Assembly: GCA_964035545.1 (NCBI GenBank)
Contig: OZ037767.1
Span: forward strand, 25,808,628-25,872,627
DNA length: 64,000 bases
Origin: Bugula neritina
Lineage: Eukaryota > Animalia > Bryozoa
Direction of reading: 5' to 3'
Shown one piece after another: positions 1 to 11,700 of this stretch. Every line of letters begins with the position of its first letter. The stretch's first letter is position 1. A program made the translations under genes and the position numbers. The notes beneath the pieces are model-generated. The model had not been told where the DNA came from and made no database searches. It worked only from the letters and a program-made list of their open reading frames with translations.

Positions 1-1536
1 ACTACGCGAAGAGGTATTTTGGCGTAAATGCAAACTGCATACAGCTCCAAGTATAAACATGGGTTATAATATTAATAATATTAACTTGGCTATAATAACA
101 TGTATTACTAGTTTATGGGCAGCAAATGGTAAGGTATAAAAATTTCAAAAGCTATCGTAGAGAACTTTAGTTAGTGCTGTCTTCAAACATCAAGTATATA
201 GTTGCCCTAGTTGCTGCATTTCCACACCTACTGGGTAAGAATACCCATAGAGACTGTCCACAGCTATAGTGAGCCAATTGTCAACGTGTTACAAATGTAC
301 CAGCCAGAGCTTTTGAAGTGCTATAGCTTCTAATTATGCAAAATTATCTACCCTTTTATTTATGAAATTTGCTTTAGTACCAATTTTTGTCTAGAAAAAA
401 TAATGCAATTGCGTGACCGGTGATTTGTTTTCTTTGCGTTGTGGTGCTTCTGTATGTGCATATATGTTAGTGCAAAGGCATATTATACTTGGGGCTTTTT
501 TTGCATATTATAATACGTATATTAGTAAAGCACTAGCATTTACCTGTACAACGCTTAAGCCTGAGCATACACCCAGTAATGAAATTTATTGCATGAGTGC
601 TATTTATTTATTATAACATATATATACATATACGTATATATACATATGTATACATATATATACATATATTACATATATAGGCTATTTATCATCTTCAATT
701 TAATACATTTGTAGATAGTTTGAACACGTCACTAAATTATGGCTAAAATTAAAAGATATCCAGTGTTATAATTGCAGGCATCTTGAGCTTGAGTTTTTAA
801 CCAATTTGCTAGTGAGTTTTTAAATTAAATTTTAACAGTTGTGTCAGCTATGCTATAGCCTTATGTTCTAAATTTCCCAATCTTACAGGGTTTTCTCTCA
901 AAGCCAATGAATTAATATATTCACAATTTTTAATTTAACCTCTGCTGGAATTGAGTTTAATGCAATATGTAAATTTGATAATTAAGCGTAACGTATAGCT
1001 TATATTGTTGAACTAAGGACCAATGTAAACTAAAGTTGCTAGCTATATATGCAAACCAATACGGGGTATTTTTTTAACATTTTAGAATAGTCATAAATAA
1101 ATATTTTATACATTTTGAAAGCTCTTCATTTAGACCACTATATTACTAAATATCTTTTGTATACTTAAACCTTGATGCATATTTTTGCAAATTTTAGGGC
1201 TACTGAAATTAAAACAGATCATTTATTTCAATCTTTAGTAGTGAATAATTTTACTTTTACAAAACTGAGCTGTTTTGGGCAAAGCTATAGATCTTCTATT
1301 AATGAAACGTTATAACTATTATACAGTAAAATGTTAAAATATACTGATCGATATATTCAGTAGCTGCAGTCACAAGTTATATAAAGCATTACAGCTTTCT
1401 TCCGTTCTCAAACGTAATGTATGAAAAACTAATAACACCACAATAACAATCTGAATAACAATTGAGTAACAGAAAATAAATACCAATTCAACAAAAGTAG
1501 GAGTTGTTAGCCCCATGAAGGTAATATCTACATAAA

Positions 1537-2858
1537 CTATTTGGTCAACTGAGAAGGGATCTTTGAGCATTCCTTTGAAGCTTTTCTGAGTCTTACAATT
1601 TCTTGCTTGCCATGTGTATTGCTGTCCTTCCTTCGTTGGTTTTCAAACCATTTGTCCACCTGTTTTAGTAACAAGCCGCCCTCTACAGCAAAATACTGTC
1701 TAACAACTCTGCTGGGATATGGGTTGTCTAAATTCTTATTGTACCACTCTTTCATCATCTCCTTGGCTTTTTTGTTGAGTGGTATTGGCGGCTTGTAATT
1801 AACTCTTCTTTGTTTTCCAGCTCTGCTCCTTTGCTGGAGACTTGAAGTTGAAACACCTGGTTGCTCTTCTTGACAGCAGGGTGGTGCATGCTGATGAGGT
1901 GGTGCATTCTGGCAGTGTGAGACATGCTGACTTTGTGTAACCTGAAAAAAAGTAAATATTGATACGGGATCTTCATCTTAAAACTACAATAAACATTATA
2001 ATAAAAAAATTTCTGTAATGAAAATTTTATTAGTCTGCTAAAAATTGTACCACATTTTCGACTACTAAACCTAGTAAGCATTCAATAATTTAATTTGGGA
2101 AACTTTATGATATTTATCTTGCAAACATATTTTTGTACATAATCAAGCTTAGTAGCAAATATTATGCTTAAATTTTGAATAGCCAGATTATACAGTATGT
2201 TATATAGAGATGGACTACAGGGAAAAATCTTACTGGGGAAGTTCCAAACCCAACATTGCAGGCTGGTTCTGTAGACTGGATAGAAGCAAACCTTGAAGTT
2301 ACTCTGTTTGAGATAGACTGCCTCTGATATCTTAAACTAGCCTAAAAAATTATTTAACTGTCATCTGATAGCTTAGTATGGTAACCTAATAATTTCAAAA
2401 CAAGCAAGAATTATAAGGTAGCTTTAATTCTTACTGGAGTCGTATAAACTTCTGGAGGTGGTGTGTAGTTTTGAGCCACATAGTTAGGTGAAGATGGTCC
2501 AGCAGTGCCTACAGGAGAAATTAGCTGTTGGTATCCATAATAACCGTCAGCCTAAAGAACAAATATTGGAAGTCATTTAATTGCCCAAATAAAGAGTCTA
2601 CACTCTACATCTTTTATTATTACTCCTATAATCTCTTTTCTTTTATCTTATTGTATTAATCTAAAAGACCGTGTCCTTAAAAAAACAGTAAATTTGTTAA
2701 ATTTAGAAGATCTTTCTTTAGAAAATTATGCTAATGAAGCTTTATAAATAGCTAATTTATTTAGTTATTAAAAGATATATAAAATAACGTCTTATAGGCA
2801 TACTTACCGAAATATTAGCTTTCCTTACAGCTAGGTAAATCCTCTGCGGCGCGGACAT
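1537..2858 (-). CDS. Divergent TALE-class homeobox protein, about 226 aa; exons 2858-2808, 2551-2435, 2341-2234, 1941-1537
   Basis: Last exon encodes RRVNYKPPIPLNKKAKEMMKEWYNKNLDNPYPSRVVRQYFAVEGGLLLKQVDKWFENQRRK (TALE PYP loop, QVxxWFxNxR helix 3). Three upstream phase-0 exons have GTAAG donors and YAG acceptors and stay open. A TATA box lies about 60 bp upstream of the ATG. Confidence 0.8.
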
Positions 2859-2919
2859 TTCCTCCTAACTGTGTTAGGAGAAAGGTAAAAATGAAGGATG
2901 ATACCAAGTTTACGCCTGC

Positions 2920-3061
2920 TTATATACCCAAGCGCACGAGAGCTGCCTACTTCAAAGAGATTGACCCTATTGTTAAGTTCCTTCTCCGTAGCTACACCTT
3001 GTAATTTCAATCAGTAATTCAACTAACCCCCTTTGAAGTTTCTGACTTCAAAGGGCCGCCA
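2920..3061 (-). promoter_or_regulatory. TALE gene promoter: TATA box, three TCF/LEF HMG sites, Helper site, SOX-like site
   Basis: TATATAA (minus strand, 2920-2926); CTTCAAAG 2950-2957; CTATTGTT 2967-2974; inverted pair CCCTTTGAAGT 3029-3039 / ACTTCAAAGGG 3045-3055; GCCGCCA 3055-3061. Confidence 0.6.
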
Positions 3062-4117
3062 AATTTCTGACAATCCACTCAACAGTTTTACTAGATTTAA
3101 TTTTGTAGGTTCATTCTATGCTCTTTATTAAGACTATGAGGGCTAATGTAAATACTGTAATAGGCATATACAATTTTCAAGTTATCTCAGTTTAAAAATA
3201 TTGCTTTAACATATTTAATTAGGTTCTTTTGCTTATTGTCATTTGCAATTAAAGTACAAATCTTTGTGCCAATTTTCACTAAAATATTTAAATCAAAACT
3301 TAAGAATTTGCTTTAAGAAACTTAGTTTATATTTCATGTGCTTTATTTGTAATAAAAGCCGCAATGTTTTAGAATATACTGCTCTAACATTAATTTTATC
3401 AGCATAAGTTCAGCAGTGCTTGAGGTGAGAAGAACTTATATTATCATCCCCTAAAAGCCAAAACCCCACTATAGAGTACATATGACTTTCTATACTAAGC
3501 TGGGAAACACTTCAAGATCAGACGCAATTAATTTATTAAATATTTCTAAACTTAGATGAATCAATTGTATTTTAAGCTGGTGAATTTACGAGAAAATATT
3601 ACATTTTTAAACTTATTTATTAATTAGAATTTTAATGAAAATGATTACTCTTACTGGCTAAGTTATATGCTGCAGCATAAAATATAAGCTGGCGTTATGC
3701 AGCAGAGAATTTTATACACATAGGCTGCAAATGCAGATGCCAAATAAGGACAAAATGCTCTCTTCTTGATCGTATATACTCTCTAGAAAGTCAAGTCAAT
3801 GGTTATAAAATAATTTCACACCGTGAAATAGTTTCAAATAGCCGTTATAGAGGTAAACAGTATGTGTCATTGTTATTTATTGCTAATGGATAAATGTGTA
3901 TTCGTAGCTACATTTTATTACGTGCATTTATTGTATGTTAAACGATAATTTATGCAAATATCAAATAATATTTTAGTTTATTGTTTAAATATTTATTCTG
4001 CGCCAACAAGCAAGGAAAATAGAAGTAAATGTATATTTTTTATATAAGTATAATCAGACTAACACTGATAATAACATAAATAGTTATAATATATAGCTAA
4101 ATTTGAGAGTAACTAAT

Positions 4118-5219
4118 TCAGCCCTTCATAAAGTTTTGCCTCATTCGGCTGGTAATACACATTCCTTTGGTGAGTTTCAGTTCATCATCTAATTCAGTGC
4201 TTTTAGCTGGTGGGTTTTTGAACATAGTCTCTACAACCCCAGCCATGTACTGGATTCTCTTCTTGTTATATACATAAGAGGTGGTGTCCACTGCAGCTAA
4301 AAGAATAATATATCTTAAAGTAAATAACACATCCTAAAATAAATTTTAAAACATACTGTAGTGTTTTGGCATAACCAGTGATACCTATACACAAAATTAG
4401 AATACTGTAGCAATTTAATACAAGTCAAAATATTGCCATACCTCTGGTAGGTTTATCTTTGAAAACTCTTTCTATCATTCCAGCCATATATTGTATTCTC
4501 TTTTTGTTGTAGGCATAGGAGGTTTTCTCCACTACAGCTGCAATGAAGGCACATAATTTAACCCTTTAGTTAAATTAACAAATGAAATTGAAAAGACTAG
4601 ATTCAACAAAATAAGCTTGTCTTCAAGCTCTCAAGTTTCTATTCGCTGACCAATAAAATTTTAATTGGAAGTTAAACATTTTCAGATGAGTTGAACATTT
4701 TTCAGCACAATTGGCAAATAATGTAAAGAAACAATACAGCTATAGCATCTCACCATCTGTATTATGGAGGTGTTTCTCTTTTTTCTCACATTCAGTGAGC
4801 AGAGTGGATGGAGAAATAATTTCTTTAGCAATCTCAAGATTTATTTGTTTGCTGGCAGATTGAGTTACTCTAAGTCGAGAACAAGGAACACGCTTTGGTC
4901 TGTAAAGAGTGTTGTGTGAATCATTATATAACACCAACACATAACATATGAATATAGTATTGAAAAGTAGAGGAAACCAGAATACTATGGATAAAATTAA
5001 ATTTAGTTGAACTAGTAAGAAGTTCTTGAGATAGCAAAGATTAAACATTTTTAGGAGTTGTGTAACTTACGAAACTATAACAACTACCACAGTAGTCAAA
5101 AACAGTGTGACGATGAATGGCACCGTTGTTATCCACCACCATACAAAACTGAAGATGTAGTAACGGTATGCAACGTCCATGAACATAGCAAAGCCGAGAA
5201 CATTTATTATGGTAGACAT
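4118..5219 (-). CDS. Orphan 189-aa protein with an N-terminal hydrophobic/TM region and a duplicated ~30-aa repeat; exons 5219-5071, 4899-4754, 4537-4442, 4296-4118
   Basis: Four exons with canonical GT-AG and matching phases (2,1,1) total 570 nt, ATG to TGA. Exon 1: MSTIINVLGFAMFMDVAYRYYIFSFVWWWITTVPFIVTLFLTTVVVVIV. Exons 3 and 4 both encode TSY(A/V)YNKKRIQYMAG. Confidence 0.7.
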
Positions 5220-5786
5220 TTTGATGCAGCTAATGAGAGCTCTTTCCGATGAAGTTGTGTCTTCAACGTAATGTAATGCATTATGTGTTGATTGTTGGGA
5301 ATTCCTTTGTTATACAGGCTGATTTCTACTTGTGATGTCATATCCTAATTCTCATTGAATATTATACCCCATTATTATATTATTGAGATTGTCAAAATAT
5401 ATTAAACAACATATTATTTGTAATATTTTACAATAGCTGTTTTTCACCATTATTAAATCTTGTTAGATATTTTATACGCAATGCTAGTTCAGCTTTTGTA
5501 CAGGCAAACAAAAACGCACTAGTCTGATAGTTAATACACATGCCTTGAGTATTTTAGTGCAGAAAAATAATGTTAAATTTAATGATGAGTTCAAGTTTTC
5601 AGCTATACACTGTTAGGGGATCTTGTGCAGTTATATGTTTCTTTATTACATAATAGATATATGATCCCAGAAGCTTCAAAATTGATCAACTGTTGTTTCA
5701 ACATATGTAAATTATGACTAAAAATGTAAAGAAAACAAGCAATTAGATTGTAATGTGACATAATAATGTTTATAAAATGAAGAGGA

Positions 5787-8700
5787 TTATAAGCAATAAG
5801 CAGTGTATTTACTCAATAACATTAAAACAGCAGGTACTAAAACCATTCTGTTCATATAATCCCAGCTGGCTGAGTTGGTGGTGGTTGGTAGGTTGGTAGG
5901 GGGAGTTGTTGTATCACGTCTAGTCGAGCAGTGGGCTTTATTTTGGCCAATACAAGCTGCATACGCCATAGCATGAGCAATGTATGTCTGCTCATGCGTT
6001 CCGGTGAACAAATGCGACATCGGACCCGAAGCAAATATCTGTACATCTTCTCCTCCATGTGTCTCCGAGTTAAGGGGAAATGCTGACTCATAGACTCTGT
6101 CTACATCTGCAAAGTACAGCATATGTTTTTGTATAGAGACAGACAGGCGTGGTCCATCTTACACGATTCTAGCTAGTTTATAAGGCAAGATCTTATCTGA
6201 CTAAGAAGCTTCAATTGGCTTCTAGACTCGTTTATCAAAGTATATATTTAATGAAACATAGCTATGTTACATACATTGTCAAATAATCTGGGAGAGGTGA
6301 TATAACAGGGAAGAGGGTACAAGGGGATTTGGTACAAAGCAGAGCTTGTACAAAGTTGAGGGGACTATAGGAGAAAGGGATGTAAGAGAGGAAGAGGAGG
6401 AAAGAGATAATAAAGAATGATAAAAAGGGGTATGCATGGTATAAGAGAGAGCTTGTAAAAAGTTGAGAAGTCCATTTAAGAATGACAGTGAGGGAGAGAA
6501 AATATAAAAGGGTGTGTACAAGAGGTGGATATGTGAGAGAGGGGTACAAGGGGTTGGTGCATAAAGGGGAATAAGACATCAAACTTACCGAAGTATTCGT
6601 CAGTGTAGTTTTGTGGAACAGATTTGTGACCAGGTCCATTTCCATAACTGACCACTGTATAGTAATGGCCATTAGAGTCAGTTGAGTCGTAATAACTTTG
6701 ATTGGCTATAGAAAGAATACTTTGACCTCTGTGAGAGTAACCTAAAAGCAGATATTCGTAATTTTGTTCTATACCCACACATCTCAACATATTTTCGTGT
6801 TACTAAAACAACACTAACCAAAGCAAAGCTTGTTAACATTTAATGGTATCAACTTCAATGCTCAATTGAATTCTCTCTCAATTGATAAACAACTAAAATA
6901 ATTAATTATGTTGGCATTTACAGCAAGCTCTTTGGTATAAGTTGATAGAAACTTCTAGAGGCTTATGTGCTTAATATGGAGACTTTATAAAACAAATGTC
7001 TCATTTACCACCAAAAGAGAAAGGATGACTCACCACCAAAGGAGAAAGCGTGACTCACCACCAAAAGAGAAAGGATGACTCACCACCAAAGGAGAAAGCG
7101 TGACTGTGATCAGCGCTGACAACTACTAATGTGTCATCTGATGACGTTATGTTTATAACCTTGGCAACTGCGTCATCAAATGCAAGTCCTTCTTCTAGTG
7201 CTTTTCTAGCTCGGTTTTGATGATGCCCTTTATCTATGTTTGCCCCTATATTTGTAAGCAAAGTTTTTACTTTAATTCATTAAAATATTATTTTTTCTTG
7301 AAAACTTTTTTAGCATAGACATATACATAGTTGTGGCATAGAAAGCTTTCATGCAAGTCCAACATGAACTTACAATTTAACCTATAACTTACCTTCTATG
7401 AATAAATAGAAACCTTTTGGATTTTTGCTAAGGATTTGAATAGCTTTTTCTGTCATTTCGGCTAAAGATGGTTCTGTTTTGTTTACTCTACGTTCTGTTT
7501 CCTCTTGCATTCGAGAACGTTCAAACAGACCAAAGAGATAGTCTGTGGTGTTGGCGGTAGCCAAGTCAAACTGTGCCTTGTTTGTCACATACTTTGCTGC
7601 TCTCTTCCTTAACTTCTGGGCACTTAGCCACTCCTAGCAAGTACATAGTATGATTCTATAAAATATATGAAGAGTGCATGCATGCTTGGCCGGAAATACT
7701 TTAGCAAGTAACAACAAAGGTTAACAAATTTTAGATGCAGAAAAATGAATGTATTGAATTTTGCAAGCACAGAGCTGTTGCAACTGATTTAAGGTCTATG
7801 TTCAAATGTTCATATTTATTATATTACCAGTTTATTCCTTTGTATGTTGCCGAACAACACACACAACACAGACACACAGTACACACAGAGTATACACACA
7901 CAGTACACACACACACACAGTACACACACAGTACACACACAGTACACACACAGCACACACACAGCACACACACAGCACACACACACACACACAAAACACA
8001 CACACAAAACACACACACAACACACACAACACACATAACACACACACAACACACACATTTTGTTATTGAAATGTAGAAAGTAGTTACTGCTGTCAAGTCT
8101 CGGCCATCAGTTCTCTTCCCTGTCTTTGTAGGATACTCCGGGTCTTGTTTGGTTGTAGGCAGAAAATATTGTCTTCCTCCACCAAGAACTACCTGTATAA
8201 CATAGTCAACACATTAAGAGCAATGAAAATACATTTTGAAAATGCCGTCTGTGTTGTAATAAGTCTTTCACATTAACGTGAAAAAGTATAAAATATGGCT
8301 ATAGCTTTTTAATCCAATTCATAAGAAACATTTGGTTTGAACTTTAAAATAAGTTTGGGTGAATTTTTTGAGATGAGCTCAGTTCGGTGACACGAGCTCT
8401 TAGGAAATCAATATCATTGAGATCCAAAAGAATATTTATTGCAATTGCTTAATTTATAGAATTTTTATTGCAACAGAAAGTAGTCAGGGAATCCTACATT
8501 GAAGGATATTTATGGTCACACAAGTAAACCTTCAATATTCCAATACAACTCTGTAACGCTGTGGCTAATATCAAAAGACATTTAAAAACCACTTTTAAAT
8601 GTTCAGATGCAGCATCATAAAATATAATATATGCTATAAATGTTATTCAATATATTCACTCTCACTACGGTCCCATTGCTTTAGAGCAGGGGTGTCCAAC

Positions 8701-11700
8701 CTTTTCAGACCGAGGGCCAGTCTGCAAGTTTCAGCTTGAGCTGGGGGCCACAACATTTTTTTTGTTTTTAAAATAAATTTTCAAGATTCATTAAACATCT
8801 GCAGGCCATATGCATTGTAATTATAAGCGAGGGCTAGGCTTTGCATGTTTATTAAAATCATAACATATTTGAATAGATATATTATTTATGTGTGTATGTG
8901 TGTATATATGCATTTAATTAAAATAGGTAAACAAGAAACATTTCATTTTTATTACTTTAATAATCAATAATTATATATGCATTTATGTTTGTGCATAAGA
9001 AATTATACATATATATTCATACAAAGTATATATTCATGATTGTACATGCAAATTTAAACAAGATGTGCCAGTGCTAAGAGTCTGTACTCATATCAGTATA
9101 GTTATATTTTACAACCATCAGTGAAACACTTGTGAGTACACAGTGAGTACTGTTTGCCTTGAACAATTCTGTTAATATCTGGTTTCGTATCAGAACATAT
9201 AACCCTTAGTTACTGGACTAAGTGCTGACTAGTGAGTGAAGTGTAGTATTTATTTTGTGTATGTCATTTGACTGAAAATTGAAAGCTCAGAGTTCAAACC
9301 TTCAAGCCATCTCAGTGCAGTGCAGCATCTAACAAGCAGTCAAAGGTCAAAGGTCAAGGCAATCACAAATCCCAAATCATTTCAGTACATACTCGCACAA
9401 AATTCATTATAAAACAAAATTGTTTAGGCATCTAACCTTAAAACAGTATGTAAATGAAAACTAACATATACATAATAATATTTTAGTACTGCATAAGTGA
9501 AGTGTGTCAGGGATTCTTCAACTACTTATCTTTCACAATACAGTCAATAAAAGTGAGATCTCAGTTATACTTTCAAAAAAGTCTTGTCTCTATATGGCCT
9601 GTCCTGATTAAATGTCTTTGAAATACCTGTCTGCGCAGGATAGCTAAGGGCAACTTTTTAGCTGCAACTGCCTTGCTGAGATTTGCATTGTAACTGTGTA
9701 AAAATTCAGTACCAGTAATAACAATCTTATTTAATTGAGGGCTACTAGAATCAAAATTTAAAAACTATGGTGTGAATCTTATTTTTTCTCAGTGCAGCTT
9801 TTTTGGAATTTTTTCATTCTTTTGCAAAGTTATAGAAAAAAACTGCACATTTTTGGCTAATTTTGCCTCAAAAGTTGATTTTTGTAGTACCAGTAAAATA
9901 TCTTAGCAGGAAAACGTGATATCTGAATAAAAAAGCAATGACTTTTAGATTTTATATAAATTGTGGATTTATACGCGGGAAATGGTATATTTCTTTTCAA
10001 GTAGTTAACGCTGTGCATCACTTCACACTTCAGTGAACGCGTAGAGATGAGCATATAATATAGGCAGCTACATTACTATAAGTCACAGGCTTGCTAGCTA
10101 ACAGACTATAATGACTAGCTTGCTGTTATTGGTTGTAGTTTGATCTCAGGCTAAACAATGACAAGTAGGCAACACGCATGCCACCCACAGAACAATATTG
10201 TAGAAGAACTTAAACTACATTTTAATAGAAATTCTTAGTGGGATGCTTTCAACTATACCATGTGCTGCTGTTTCAGGCTAGTTAGCAAATTTGATGAACA
10301 AAAATTTGTAACTTGCTATATCTTTGGGGGGCCACACAAATATAGCTGGAGGGCCGGATCCGGCCCGCGGGCCGCCTGTTGGACAGCCCTGCTTTAGAGT
10401 ATATGAATGGATTTTCATTTGATATTTGGGAACAGGTCAATCGAATGCAACCACAACTATAAAGTAAACAGCAACCACAAATCCATCTATAAACGAGCAT
10501 CTTTGCGAATCCATTCAAAGCAATTTGAACTCAGTGTAGGCAATATGTAGGCTATATGATGACGCTATGATGACAGCATAGCAGATTGTCATGCTGAGAG
10601 TATCTGTAGTGTTGAGTTTACCCAGTAGTTTCCATGGTGTAACGATCTCGGGTTCGAATCCCAGTGATGGCAAAATTATTTTATAGTAGCATTTGTTTAT
10701 ACCCGAATGTCAAGGTTATCTTCAACTAGCTGTCTGGCTATATCTTTACAGACTCCTACGGCATCTGCCGGAAGCTCATAATCAGCTCTCCAGTCTCTAA
10801 GGGCAACATGAGCATACGCCCCGGATGGTGAAGCTCCAACCACAGCATCTGTCGTTACTATTCCCACAGACTTGCCTGAGGAGGATCAGTTACAAAACTA
10901 TATTACAATATCATTTACAGAAAACACCTAAACCATTTTAGTACTAAAACATTGCAAATTTACAGAGTACCTTCTTCAGCTGCGAGGTCTAATACTGATC
11001 GAACTGTTGCCCCGGCGACTGTAGCACACACATTCCTCTCAACTGTGTCGTCAACACCTATAGCCTCGTACTTGGTCTTCACCCCACAATGGTATGCTGT
11101 AGCACTAGCAGCAGAGTCTGTGGTGGTCATGTCAGTGCAATATGTCTGCAGACAAACAATGGCCGTTATACTTTACCTGCGTCATCACATACTAAACTAC
11201 CCGCTTTTTAGACGACTACACACTTGAATATTATACCATTTCTACCTGCATTGTGTCTCACAATACTTTATTAATGTGTGTTATGGTGTGTTGCAGTACA
11301 AAAAAATAATTATATTAATTATAACAATATGTCTTTCACCTTACTCATCCCTGTATTGGGAAATTTATCCCACGATAAGAGTGCCTCTTCACCCAACAAA
11401 TCGGGAGTTAGCTGCCCTCTGTATACTCTTATTGCTGTAACATAACAGGAAAACTTTACATAGAAAAATAAGATATTACTATTAAATCATTGTATAATTT
11501 GGTTGAAGTTTTTGATATATATTCTGTGACTAGTGAAAAAATGAGAAGGAAAAGATGAGAGAGAATAGGATAGATATTGTAACTAAAGTACAAAACTGAC
11601 AATTACTATTTTATATGAACCGCTATGGTATCAATATTAGAAAATTATGTAAGTTGCCAGTTATGATGCTTTAACGTACCAGCATAAATTAATAATCTGT

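Noticed and set aside
3651-3783. Cys-rich possible extra exon between the TALE and orphan genes
   Set aside because: The orphan gene already terminates at 4118, no donor links to it, and the plausible frames stop quickly.
4240-4510. Neuropeptide precursor reading of KKR-IQYMA-G
   Set aside because: The Gly is not followed by a basic cleavage site, and the N-terminus looks like a TM anchor rather than a cleavable signal peptide.
7735-8096. His/Thr- and Cys/Val-rich ORFs on both strands
   Set aside because: Translations of the (CA)n microsatellite inside an ALP intron.
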